NCBI GenBank assembly: GCA_002269645.1 | Contig: NIVC01001062.1 | Location: 248,001-312,000 of the forward strand | DNA: 64,000 nt | DNA from: Macrostomum lignano | Taxonomy: Eukaryota | Reading direction: 5' to 3' | Part shown: positions 35,501 through 48,984 of the stretch, piece by piece | How the letters are laid out: every line of letters starts with the position of its first letter | Numbering within the stretch: the stretch's first letter is position 1 | Made by a program: the position numbers and the translations under genes | The notes under the pieces: model-generated | The model's database searches: none | Told to the model about the DNA's origin: nothing | The model's input: the letters and a program-made list of their open reading frames with translations, nothing else

Positions 35501-38500
35501 AAGCTTAAAGACACGGGGCACCAAGCTTAAAGACACGAGACTCCAAGCTTAAAGACACGGGGCACCAAGCTTAAAGACACGAGACTGCAAGCTTAAAGAC
35601 ACGAGACTCCAAGCTTAAAGACACGGGGCACCAAGCTTAAAGACACGAGACTCCAAGCTTAAAGACACGGGCACCAAGCTTAAAGACACGGGGCACCAAG
35701 CTTAAAGACACGAGACTGCAAGCTTAAAGACACGGGCACCAAGCTTAAAGACACGGGCACCAAGCTTAAAGACACGAGACTGCAAGCTTAAAGACACGGG
35801 GCACCAAGCTTAAAGACACGGGCACCAAGCTTAAAGACACGAGACTCCAAGCTTAAAGACACGAGGGCACCAAGCTTAAAGACACGGGCACCAAGCTTAA
35901 AGACACGAGACTCCAAGCTTAAAGACACGGGGGCACCAAGCTTAAAGACACGGGGCACCAAGCTTAAAGACACGAGACTGCAAGCTTAAAGACACGAGAC
36001 TCCAAGCTTAAAGACACGGGGCACCAAGCTTAAAGACACGGGCACCAAGCTTAAAGACACGAGACTGCAAGCTTAAAGACACGGGGCACCAAGCTTAAAG
36101 ACACGGGCACCAAGCTTAAAGACACGAGACTCCAAGCTTAAAGACACGGGGCACCAAGCTTAAAGACACGGGGCACCAAGCTTAAAGACACGAGACTGCA
36201 AGCTTAAAGACACGAGACTCCAAGCTTAAAGACACGGGGCACCAAGCTTAAAGACACGAGACTCCAAGCTTAAAGACACGGGGCACCAAGCTTAAAGACA
36301 CGGGGCACCAAGCTTAAAGACACGAGACTGCAAGCTTAAAGACACGAGACTGCAAGCTTAAAGACACGGGGCACCAAGCTTAAAGACACGGGGCACCAAG
36401 CTTAAAGACACGAGACTGCAAGCTTAAAGACACGGGGCACCAAGCTTAAAGACACGGGGCACCAAGCTTAAAGACACGAGACTGCAAGCTTAAAGACACG
36501 AGACTCCAAGCTTAAAGACACGGGGCACCAAGCTTAAAGACACGGGGCACCAAGCTTAAAGACACGAGACTGCAAGCTTAAAGACACGGGGCACCAAGCT
36601 TAAAGACACGAGACTGCAAGCTTAAAGACACGAGACTCCAAGCTTAAAGACACGGGGCACCAAGCTTAAAGACACGGGGCACCAAGCTTAAAGACACGAG
36701 ACTGCAAGCTTAAAGACACGGGGCACCAAGCTTAGAGACACGGGACACCAAGCTTAAAGACACGGGCACCAAGCTTAAAGACACGGGGCACCAAGCTTAA
36801 AGACACGAGACTCCAAGCTTAAAGACACGGGGCACCAAGCTTAAAGACACGAGACTGCAAGCTTAAAGACACGAGACTCCAAGCTTAAAGACACGGGGCA
36901 CCAAGCTTAAAGACACGGGGCACCAAGCTTAAAGACACGAGACTGCAAGCTTAAAGACACGGGGCACCAAGCTTAAAGACACGGGGCACCAAGCTTAAAG
37001 ACACGAGACTGCAAGCTTAAAGACACGAGACTGCAAGCTTAAAGACACGGGGCACCAAGCTTAAAGACACGGGGCACCAAGCTTAAAGACACGAGACTGC
37101 AAGCTTAAAGACACGAGACTCCAAGCTTAAAGACACGGGGCACCAAGCTTAAAGACACGAGACTGCAAGCTTAAAGACACGAGACTCCAAGCTTAAAGAC
37201 ACGAGACTGCAAGCTTAAAGACACGAGACTCCAAGCTTAAAGACACGGGGGCACCAAGCTTAAAGACACGGGGCACCAAGCTTAAAGACACGAGACTCCA
37301 AGCTTAAAGACACGGGGCACCAAGCTTAAAGACACGAGACTGCAAGCTTAAAGACACGAGACTCCAAGCTTAAAGACACGGGGCACCAAGCTTAAAGACA
37401 CGGGGCACCAAGCTTAAAGACACGAGACTGCAAGCTTAAAGACACGGGGCACCAAGCTTAAAGACACGGGCACCAAGCTTAAAGACACGAGACTCCAAGC
37501 TTAAAGACACGGGGCACCAAGCTTAAAGACACGGGGCACCAAGCTTAAAGACACGAGACTCCAAGCTTAAAGACACGGGGCACCAAGCTTAAAGACACGA
37601 GACTGCAAGCTTAAAGACACGAGACTCCAAGCTTAAAGACACGGGGCACCAAGCTTAAAGACACGGGCACCAAGCTTAAAGACACGAGACTCCAAGCTTA
37701 AAGACACGGGGCACCAAGCTTAAAGACACGGGGCACCAAGCTTAAAGACACGAGACTGCAAGCTTAAAGACACGGGGCACCAAGCTTAAAGACACGAGAC
37801 TGCAAGCTTAAAGACACGGGGCACCAAGCTTAAAGACACGGGGCACCAAGCTTAAAGACACGAGACTGCAAGCTTAAAGACACGAGACTCCAAGCTTAAA
37901 GACACGAGACTGCAAGCTTAAAGACACGAGACTCCAAGCTTAAAGACACGGGGGCACCAAGCTTAAAGACACGGGGCACCAAGCTTAAAGACACGAGACT
38001 CCAAGCTTAAAGACACGGGGCACCAAGCTTAAAGACACGAGACTGCAAGCTTAAAGACACGAGACTGCAAGCTTAAAGACACGGGGCACCAAGCTTAAAG
38101 ACACGGGGCACCAAGCTTAAAGACACGAGACTGCAAGCTTAAAGACACGAGACCCAAGCTTAAAGACACGGGGCACCAAGCTTAAAGACACGAGACTGCA
38201 AGCTTAAAGACACGAGACTCCAAGCTTAAAGACACGAGACTGCAAGCTTAAAGACACGAGACTCCAAGCTTAAAGACACGGGGGCACCAAGCTTAAAGAC
38301 ACGGGGCACCAAGCTTAAAGACACGAGACTCCAAGCTTAAAGACACGGGGCACCAAGCTTAAAGACACGAGACTGCAAGCTTAAAGACACGAGACTCCAA
38401 GCTTAAAGACACGGGGCACCAAGCTTAAAGACACGGGGCACCAAGCTTAAAGACACGAGACTGCAAGCTTAAAGACACGGGGCACCAAGCTTAAAGACAC

Positions 38501-41500
38501 GGGCACCAAGCTTAAAGACACGAGACTCCAAGCTTAAAGACACGGGGCACCAAGCTTAAAGACACGGGGCACCAAGCTTAAAGACACGAGACTCCAAGCT
38601 TAAAGACACGGGGCACCAAGCTTAAAGACACGAGACTGCAAGCTTAAAGACACGAGACTCCAAGCTTAAAGACACGGGGCACCAAGCTTAAAGACACGGG
38701 GCACCAAGCTTAAAGACACGAGACTCCAAGCTTAAAGACACGGGGCACCAAGCTTAAAGACACGGGGCACCAAGCTTAAAGACACGAGACTGCAAGCTTA
38801 AAGACACGGGGCACCAAGCTTAAAGACACGAGACTGCAAGCTTAAAGACACGGGGCACCAAGCTTAAAGACACGGGGCACCAAGCTTAAAGACACGAGAC
38901 TGCAAGCTTAAAGACACGAGACTCCAAGCTTAAAGACACGAGACTGCAAGCTTAAAGACACGAGACTCCAAGCTTAAAGACACGGGGGCACCAAGCTTAA
39001 AGACACGGGGCACCAAGCTTAAAGACACGAGACTCCAAGCTTAAAGACACGGGGCACCAAGCTTAAAGACACGAGACTGCAAGCTTAAAGACACGAGACT
39101 CCAAGCTTAAAGACACGGGGCACCAAGCTTAAAGACACGGGGCACCAAGCTTAAAGACACGAGACTCCAAGCTTAAAGACACGGGGCACCAAGCTTAAAG
39201 ACACGGGGCACCAAGCTTAAAGACACGAGACTCCAAGCTTAAAGACACGGGGCACCAAGCTTAAAGACACGGGGCACCAAGCTTAAAGACACGAGACTGC
39301 AAGCTTAAAGACACGGGGCACCAAGCTTAAAGACACGGGGCACCAAGCTTAAAGACACGAGACTGCAAGCTTAAAGACACGGGGCACCAAGCTTAAAGAC
39401 ACGAGACTCCAAGCTTAAAGACACGAGGGCACCAAGCTTAAAGACACGGGGCACCAAGCTTAAAGACACGAGACTGCAAGCTTAAAGACACGGGGCACCA
39501 AGCTTAAAGACACGAGACTGCAAGCTTAAAGACACGGGGCACCAAGCTTAAAGACACGGGGCACCAAGCTTAAAGACACGAGACTCCAAGCTTAAAGACA
39601 CTAGGGCACCAAGCTTAAAGACACGGGGCACCAAGCTTAAAGACACGAGACTGCAAGCTTAAAGACACGAGACTCCAAGCTTAAAGACACGAGACTGCAA
39701 GCTTAAAGACACGGGGCACCAAGCTTAAAGACACGGGGCACCAAGCTTAAAGACACGAGACTCCAAGCTTAAAGACACGGGGCACCAAGCTTAAAGACAC
39801 GGGGCACCAAGCTTAAAGACACGAGACTGCAAGCTTAAAGACACGGGGCACCAAGCTTAAAGACACGAGACTGCAAGCTTAAAGACACGGGGCACCAAGC
39901 TTAAAGACACGGGGCACCAAGCTTAAAGACACGAGACTGCAAGCTTAAAGACACGGGGCACCAAGCTTAAAGACACGGGGCACCAAGCTTAAAGACACGA
40001 GACTGCAAGCTTAAAGACACGAGACTCCAAGCTTAAAGACACGGGGCACCAAGCTTAAAGACACGGGGCACCAAGCTTAAAGACACGAGACTGCAAGCTT
40101 AAAGACACGGGGCACCAAGCTTAAAGACACGAGACTGCAAGCTTAAAGACACGAGACTCCAAGCTTAAAGACACGGGGCACCAAGCTTAAAGACACGGGC
40201 ACCAAGCTTAAAGACACGAGACTGCAAGCTTAAAGACACGGGGCACCAAGCTTAGAGACACGGGACACCAAGCTTAAAGACACGGGCACCAAGCTTAAAG
40301 ACACGGGGCACCAAGCTTAAAGACACGAGACTCCAAGCTTAAAGACACGGGGCACCAAGCTTAAAGACACGAGACTGCAAGCTTAAAGACACGAGACTCC
40401 AAGCTTAAAGACACGGGGCACCAAGCTTAAAGACACGGGGCACCAAGCTTAAAGACACGAGACTGCAAGCTTAAAGACACGGGGCACCAAGCTTAAAGAC
40501 ACGGGGCACCAAGCTTAAAGACACGAGACTGCAAGCTTAAAGACACGAGACTGCAAGCTTAAAGACACGGGGCACCAAGCTTAAAGACACGGGGCACCAA
40601 GCTTAAAGACACGAGACTGCAAGCTTAAAGACACGAGACTCCAAGCTTAAAGACACGGGGCACCAAGCTTAAAGACACGAGACTGCAAGCTTAAAGACAC
40701 GAGACTCCAAGCTTAAAGACACGAGACTGCAAGCTTAAAGACACGAGACTCCAAGCTTAAAGACACGGGGGCACCAAGCTTAAAGACACGGGGCACCAAG
40801 CTTAAAGACACGAGACTCAAGCTTAAAGACACGGGGCACCAAGCTTAAAGACACGAGACTGCAAGCTTAAAGACACGAGACTCCAAGCTTAAAGACACGG
40901 GGCACCAAGCTTAAAGACACGGGGCACCAAGCTTAAAGACACGAGACTGCAAGCTTAAAGACACGGGGCACCAAGCTTAAAGACACGAGACTGCAAGCTT
41001 AAAGACACGAGACTCCAAGCTTAAAGACACGGGGCACCAAGCTTAAAGACACGGGCACCAAGCTTAAAGACACGAGACTGCAAGCTTAAAGACACGGGGC
41101 ACCAAGCTTAGAGACACGGGACACCAAGCTTAAAGACACGGGCACCAAGCTTAAAGACACGGGGCACCAAGCTTAAAGACACGAGACTCCAAGCTTAAAG
41201 ACACGGGGCACCAAGCTTAAAGACACGAGACTGCAAGCTTAAAGACACGAGACTCCAAGCTTAAAGACACGGGGCACCAAGCTTAAAGACACGGGGCACC
41301 AAGCTTAAAGACACGAGACTGCAAGCTTAAAGACACGGGGCACCAAGCTTAAAGACACGGGGCACCAAGCTTAAAGACACGAGACTGCAAGCTTAAAGAC
41401 ACGAGACTGCAAGCTTAAAGACACGGGGCACCAAGCTTAAAGACACGGGCACCAAGCTTAAAGACACGAGACTGCAAGCTTAAAGACACGAGACTCCAAG

Positions 41501-44500
41501 CTTAAAGACACGGGGCACCAAGCTTAAAGACACGAGACTGCAAGCTTAAAGACACGAGACTCCAAGCTTAAAGACACGAGACTGCAAGCTTAAAGACACG
41601 AGACTCCAAGCTTAAAGACACGGGGCACCAAGCTTAAAGACACGGGGCACCAAGCTTAAAGACACGAGACTCCAAGCTTAAAGACACGGGGCACCAAGCT
41701 TAAAGACACGAGACTGCAAGCTTAAAGACACGAGACTCCAAGCTTAAAGACACGGGGCACCAAGCTTAAAGACACGGGGCACCAAGCTTAAAGACACGAG
41801 ACTGCAAGCTTAAAGACACGGGGCACCAAGCTTAAAGACACGGGGCACCAAGCTTAAAGACACGAGACTCCAAGCTTAAAGACACGGGGCACCAAGCTTA
41901 AAGACACGGGGCACCAAGCTTAAAGACACGAGACTGCAAGCTTAAAGACACGAGACTCCAAGCTTAAAGACACGGGGCACCAAGCTTAAAGACACGAGAC
42001 TGCAAGCTTAAAGACACGAGACTCCAAGCTTAAAGACACGAGACTGCAAGCTTAAAGACACGAGACTCCAAGCTTAAAGACACGGGGGCACCAAGCTTAA
42101 AGACACGGGGCACCAAGCTTAAAGACACGAGACTCCAAGCTTAAAGACACGGGGCACCAAGCTTAAAGACACGAGACTGCAAGCTTAAAGACACGAGACT
42201 CCAAGCTTAAAGACACGGGGCACCAAGCTTAAAGACACGGGGCACCAAGCTTAAAGACACGAGACTGCAAGCTTAAAGACACGGGGCACCAAGCTTAAAG
42301 ACACGAGACTGCAAGCTTAAAGACACGGGGCACCAAGCTTAAAGACACGGGGCACCAAGCTTAAAGACACGAGACTCCAAGCTTAAAGACACGGGGCACC
42401 AAGCTTAAAGACACGGGGCACCAAGCTTAAAGACACGAGACTGCAAGCTTAAAGACACGAGACTCCAAGCTTAAAGACACGAGACTGCAAGCTTAAAGAC
42501 ACGAGACTCCAAGCTTAAAGACACGGGGCACCAAGCTTAAAGACACGAGACTCCAAGCTTAAAGACACGGGGCACCAAGCTTAAAGACACGGGGCACCAA
42601 GCTTAAAGACACGAGACTGCAAGCTTAAAGACACGGGGCACCAAGCTTAAAGACACGAGACTGCAAGCTTAAAGACACGGGGCACCAAGCTTAAAGACAC
42701 GGGGCACCAAGCTTAAAGACACGAGACTCCAAGCTTAAAGACACGGGCACCAAGCTTAAAGACACGGGGCACCAAGCTTAAAGACACGAGACTGCAAGCT
42801 TAAAGACACGAGACTCCAAGCTTAAAGACACGGGGCACCAAGCTTAAAGACACGGGGCACCAAGCTTAAAGACACGAGACTGCAAGCTTAAAGACACGGG
42901 CACCAAGCTTAAAGACACGAGACTGCAAGCTTAAAGACACGGGGCACCAAGCTTAAAGACACGGGGCACCAAGCTTAAAGACACGAGACTCCAAGCTTAA
43001 AGACACGGGGCACCAAGCTTAAAGACACGAGACTGCAAGCTTAAAGACACGAGACTCCAAGCTTAAAGACACGGGGCACCAAGCTTAAAGACACGGGGCA
43101 CCAAGCTTAAAGACACGAGACTGCAAGCTTAAAGACACGAGACTCCAAGCTTAAAGACACGGGGCACCAAGCTTAAAGACACGAGACTCCAAGCTTAAAG
43201 ACACGGAGGCACCAAGCTTAAAGACACGGGGCACCAAGCTTAAAGACACGAGACTGCAAGCTTAAAGACACGGGGCACCAAGCTTAAAGACACGGGGCAC
43301 CAAGCTTAAAGACACGAGACTGCAAGCTTAAAGACACGGGGCACCAAGCTTAAAGACACGAGACTGCAAGCTTAAAGACACGAGACTCCAAGCTTAAAGA
43401 AACGAGGGCACCAAGCTTAAAGACACGGGGCACCAAGCTTAAAGACACGAGACTCCAAGCTTAAAGACACGGGGCACCAAGCTTAAAGACACGGGGCACC
43501 AAGCTTAAAGACACGAGACTGCAAGCTTAAAGACACGAGACTCCAAGCTTAAAGACACGGGGCACCAAGCTTAAAGACACGGGGCACCAAGCTTAAAGAC
43601 ACGAGACTGCAAGCTTAAAGACACGGGGCACCAAGCTTAAAGACACGGGGCACCAAGCTTAAAGACACGAGACTCCAAGCTTAAAGACACGAGGGCACCA
43701 AGCTTAAAGACACGGGGCACCAAGCTTAAAGACACGAGACTGCAAGCTTAAAGACACGAGACTCCAAGCTTAAAGACACGGGGCACCAAGCTTAAAGACA
43801 CGAGACTCCAAGCTTAAAGACACGGGGCACCAAGCTTAAAGACACGGGGCACCAAGCTTAAAGACACGAGACTGCAAGCTTAAAGACACGGGGCACCAAG
43901 CTTAAGGACACGAGACTGCAAGCTTAAAGACACGGGGCACCAAGCTTAAAGACACGGGGCACCAAGCTTAAAGACACGAGACTCCAAGCTTAAAGACACG
44001 GAGGCACCAAGCTTAAAGACACGGGGCACCAAGCTTAAAGACACGAGACTGCAAGCTTAAAGACACGAGACTCCAAGCTTAAAGACACGGGGCACCAAGC
44101 TTAAAGACACGGGGCACCAAGCTTAAAGACACGAGACTGCAAGCTTAAAGACACGGGGCACCAAGCTTAAAGACACGAGACTGCAAGCTTAAAGACACGG
44201 GGCACCAAGCTTAAAGACACGGGGCACCAAGCTTAAAGACACGAGACTCCAAGCTTAAAGACACGGGGCACCAAGCTTAAAGACACGGGGCACCAAGCTT
44301 AAAGACACGAGACTGCAAGCTTAAAGACACGGGGCACCAAGCTTAAGACACGAGACTGCAAGCTTAAAGACACGGGCACCAAGCTTAAAGACACGGGGCA
44401 CCAAGCTTAAAGACACGAGACTCCAAGCTTAAAGACACGGGGCACCAAGCTTAAAGACACGGGGCACCAAGCTTAAAGACACGAGACTGCAAGCTTAAAG

Positions 44501-47500
44501 ACACGAGACTCCAAGCTTAAAGACACGGGGCACCAAGCTTAAAGACACGGGGCACCAAGCTTAAAGACACGAGACTGCAAGCTTAAAGACACGGGGCACC
44601 AAGCTTAAAGACACGAGACTGCAAGCTTAAAGACACGGGGCACCAAGCTTAAAGACACGGGGCACCAAGCTTAAAGACACGAGACTCCAAGCTTAAAGAC
44701 ACGGGGCACCAAGCTTAAAGACACGAGACTGCAAGCTTAAAGACACGAGACTCCAAGCTTAAAGACACGGGGCACCAAGCTTAAAGACACGGGCACCAAG
44801 CTTAAAGACACGAGACTGCAAGCTTAAAGACACGGGGCACCAAGCTTAAAGACACGGGGCACCAAGCTTAAAGACACGAGACTGCAAGCTTAAAGACACG
44901 AGACTGCAAGCTTAAAGACACGGGGCACCAAGCTTAAAGACACGGGGCACCAAGCTTAAAGACACGAGACTGCAAGCTTAAAGACACGAGACTCCAAGCT
45001 TAAAGACACGGGGCACCAAGCTTAAAGACACGGGGCACCAAGCTTAAAGACACGAGACTCCAAGCTTAAAGACACGGGGCACCAAGCTTAAAGACACGGG
45101 GCACCAAGCTTAAAGACACGAGACTGCAAGCTTAAAGACACGGGGCACCAAGCTTAAGGACACGAGACTGCAAGCTTAAAGACACGGGGCACCAAGCTTA
45201 AAGACACGGGGCACCAAGCTTAAAGACACGAGACTCCAAGCTTAAAGACACGGGGCACCAAGCTTAAAGACACGGGGCACCAAGCTTAAAGACACGAGAC
45301 TGCAAGCTTAAAGACACGAGACTCCAAGCTTAAAGACACGGGGCACCAAGCTTAAAGACACGGGGCACCAAGCTTAAAGACACGAGACTGCAAGCTTAAA
45401 GACACGGGGCACCAAGCTTAAAGACACGAGACTGCAAGCTTAAAGACACGGGGCACCAAGCTTAAAGACACGGGGCACCAAGCTTAAAGACACGAGACTC
45501 CAAGCTTAAAGACACGGGGCACCAAGCTTAAAGACACGAGACTGCAAGCTTAAAGACACGAGACTCCAAGCTTAAAGACACGGGGCACCAAGCTTAAAGA
45601 CACGGGGCACCAAGCTTAAAGACACGAGACTGCAAGCTTAAAGACACGGGGCACCAAGCTTAAAGACACGGGGCACCAAGCTTAAAGACACGAGACTGCA
45701 AGCTTAAAGACACGAGACTGCAAGCTTAAAGACACGGGGCACCAAGCTTAAAGACACGGGGCACCAAGCTTAAAGACACGAGACTGCAAGCTTAAAGACA
45801 CGAGACTCCAAGCTTAAAGACACGGGGCACCAAGCTTAAAGACACGGGGCACCAAGCTTAAAGACACGAGACTGCAAGCTTAAAGACACGGGGCAAAGAC
45901 ACGGGGCAAGCTTAAAGACACGGGGCACCAAGCTTAAAGACACGGGGCACCAAGCTTAAAGACATGGAAAGCAGTATATTCTGTATAAGGTTGATCTAGC
46001 TATAACAATCTACCAGCTGCCCATAATGAATACACATCAAATCATATTTCATAATTGCATTTCAGTCCGCCGCACTGAATCAGATAGCGGAGATCCAAGG
46101 GTTTAATTTAATTTGCCAAGGAGAGCAGCTTTGTGCAGCTTCGCTGTATCAGCAAACATTGGCTGCTGTAGTAACCATGCCGACCTGCATTAGCATGGGA
46201 GCTTTTTGTCACCGTGACGATAGCGCAATCAAATTAATTACAATCGCACTGGACTGGCTATTTTTGAGTGTGTTGACTTTGCCAACCAATATACATTAGC
46301 TGAAGCTCTAGCTGATTCCGATTTTCGTTTTGATAGCTGATTTTCAAAACAAATAAGAGAATCAGTTAAGGATCAGGGCCAGAGAGTTGGAGGCCCCAAA
46401 TTCGAAATGTTTAGTTGAGACGTTAGATCTGGAATCTGGGATTTGGAATCTAGTAGTTGGGACATTTGGAATCTGGAATCTGGAATTGGGACTTCGAAAT
46501 CTAGAATCTGGACTTTGGAACCGGGACTTTGGGATCTAGCATCGGGACTTTGGAATCTGGAATCGGGACTTTAGAATCTGGAATCGGGACTTTGGAATCT
46601 GGAATCGGGACTTTGGAATCTGGAATCGGGACTCTGAAAGCTGAAACCTACGAAATCTAGAATCGGGGTGCTGGAATCTGGAATTGGGACTTTGAAATCT
46701 GGAATCGGGGTGCTGGAATCTGGAATCGGGACTTTATGATCTGGAATCAGAAATTTTTAATCTTGAATCGGGACTGTGGTACCTAGAATCGGGACTTTGG
46801 AACTAGGAATCGGGACTTTGGAATCTGGAATCGGGACTTTGGAATTAGGAATCGGGACTTTGGAATCAGGAATCGGGACTTTGGAATCTAGAATGGAATC
46901 GGGACTTTGAAATCTGGAATTGGGACTTTGAAATCTAGAATCAGGATGCTGGAATCTGGAAACGGGACTTGAGGATCTGGAATCGGGACTCTGGAAGCTG
47001 GAACCGTGACTTTGGAATCTGGAACCGGGACTTCAAAATCTAGAATCGAATTCTGGAATCCAATCAATCCTCACCTGCTGATGGCAGCCCCAGCACAGGG
47101 CATGCAACAGGCTGCACCTGTTCTTGTCCTCCAGACCGAAGATCCTGCCGGGCACCGCGGCGGCCTCAGCCTGCGACGCACTGGACTCTCTCGCCAGCTG
47201 AAACAGTCGCAGGAAGCAGCCTGAGGCCGCGTAAAATGCGCAGAGGTGAGCAACGTAGTGAAAGTCCATATCGGACGTGCTCCAGCTGTTGCAGCTGTCG
47301 TATTCGACTCGAAGGGAACAGATTGACGCCTGCTGATTGCCGTCGAGCTGGGATGACGTCATCGATGTAGCGTTGTCTGCATCCGGGTCGCTTAACTCGT
47401 CCTTCTGTTAATTGATATCGAAAATCGTATATCGTATATGATATCGTATTTCAATCTTAACGGGTATTTAACCAAGTAGATTAACAATAACCGATAATTT

Positions 47501-48758
47501 GATGCCAGTAGGTCAAGGTTGCTCATGTATTCAATTAATATAAAATCTTTAAATATAACAAGGATCGATAATTAAAATAAATTATTAAAATTTAACAATA
47601 ATCGATAATGGCAATGTTTTATCTAAGATTAAGAATAGTTAATAATTACAATAGGTTATTTTTAATTAATAACAATCGATTAATTACTAATAATTTATAA
47701 TTAATAATTAATTACAGTCGGTTGTTGAAAGCTATAACAATAATCGATAGCTACAGTCGGTTCTTTAAATTTATTACCAATCATCGATAATTACAGTAGT
47801 TTTGAAACCCATAACCAATTAACCGCTAACTACAGTCGGCTGTTTAAAGTTATTAACAATAATCGATAACAACAGTCGGTTGTTTGATGCTATTAACAAT
47901 AATCGATAACTACACTCGGTTGTTTGATGTTATTAACAATAATCGATAACTACAATCGGTTTTTTATGTTATTAACAATAATCGATAACTACAGTCGGTT
48001 TTTTAAACCCATTAACAATAATCGATAACTACAGCGGGCTGTTTGATGTTAATAACAATAATCGATAACTACACTCGGTTTTTTATGTTATTAACAATAA
48101 TCGATAACTACAGTCGGTTTTTTATACCCATTAACAATAATCGATAACTACAGCGGGCTGTTTGATGTTATTAACAATAATCGATAACTACAGTCGGCTG
48201 TTTGATGTTATTAACAATAATCGATAACTACAGTCGACTGTTAAAAGTTAATAAAAAAATACATAACTAGTCTTATTTCAATCTAAAAAAACGATATTTT
48301 AATTACATGTCACAATCTACTATCTGAAACTAACAATTGATGACAATAAAACATGTTATTAGACTTGTTATTAAACAAACAAACAGAATCGAACTCTCCC
48401 TCACCAAGCTCATCAGCATGAGGCTGCGAAGGCACTCTTCAAACCTGTCCGGCCGATCATTTTGCATCGATTCAACTAATCGCCAGCTCTCGGCGTCGTT
48501 AGCAACCGCCGACGCGGGAATGACGTAACACCCGTTCAAGTCGTCGTCAGCAATTCTCAGAGCCGGTTTTGAAGAGGCCCTCAATCGAGAACCTGAAGTT
48601 GACCCATCGGACAATGATGGAGCCACTTTGCCGTGACGCTTCAATTTAAATTGACGCATTATCGATTTTTTTATTGAAAATGTTGACGTTGGTCCGGCAT
48701 CATTGTCGCGATTCAGTTCTGTCGTTGAAGAAATTTGCTCAAACTTTTTTGTCGTCAT
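26537..48758 (-). CDS. Divergent TRPV-like ion channel (ankyrin N-terminus, 6 TM), predicted 3 exons, about 889 aa
   Basis: Exons 48758-48405 (TTG|gtgagg), 47404-47075 (aacag| ... CAG|gtgagg) and 28522-26537 (ggcag|), all phase 0. The exon 2/3 junction EDKNRCSLLHALCWGCHQQ|VKPTAAYAEFL...DFNSLELAIYLECYELAVILLE aligns by eye to the last TRPV ankyrin repeats. S5-pore-S6 reads FGETVMMFRQVL...LTLNFLIAVL. The channel call for the last exon is firmer than its linkage to the upstream exons. Confidence 0.7.
28686..29600. repeat. 27/28-bp G-rich minisatellite (GTGGGAGATGGGAGGGGCGATTCTCTAT)
   Basis: Period 28 (29041 to 29069). ORFs in three frames are artefacts. Confidence 0.95.
30286..33806 (+). CDS. 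RBR (RING1-IBR-RING2) E3 ubiquitin ligase, Ariadne-like, 3 exons, with one apparent frameshift near 32609
   Basis: Exons 30286-30611 (GA|gtgagt), 30926-32907 (gcgcag|T ... AA|gtgagt) and 33002-33806 (tttag|A), all phase 2. RING1 is CEIC...CGHRFC..CW. IBR is CP..NC...CQC...C..C.QEPHWPSDC. RING2 is CPSC....KGVGCNHMSC.CGEHFCWWC with the catalytic Cys. One extra G at GAGG 32607-32610 restores the frame (EGRADVSCPGFRC). Confidence 0.85.
34180..45964. repeat. 11.8-kb satellite of about 535 22-bp units: constant CAAGCTTAAAGACACG plus one of three 6-bp tails (GGGCAC, AGACTG, AGACTC)
   Basis: Direct reading. Every unit has a HindIII site (AAGCTT) and TAA on both strands, so the array is non-coding. 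Confidence 0.98.
46430..47060. repeat. Degenerate 21-bp minisatellite (GGAATCTGGAATCGGGACTTT), abutting the TRPV-like exon-2 donor
   Basis: Direct reading. Confidence 0.9.
47700..48240. repeat. 39/40-bp AT-rich minisatellite (ATTAACAATAATCGATAACTACAGTCGG...) in TRPV-like intron 1
   Basis: Units near 47852, 47892, 47932, 47971 and 48011. Confidence 0.92.
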
Positions 48759-48984
48759 CGATCATTATCTTTATCGATTTTTATCGACAAATTTTACTCG
48801 CAAGACATGACGTTGAATTTACTTTCAAAAGTGTGCTGCACCGTATTTATTGCAGATGATTTGCTGGGTCCATCTGCATTCGAACTCTTAGCGCTGATTG
48901 GTTTCAATAGCGAGTGAACTCTCAGCCAATTGGGGGGGGGGGGTAACATTTGGGGAACTGCCCTGTGAACTTCATTGCTATAGC

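Noticed and set aside
34180-45964. CRISPR-like array (constant repeat plus variable spacer)
   Set aside because: The variable part is only 6 bp with three recurring variants, not unique 25-45 bp spacers. No cas genes, and the context is eukaryotic.
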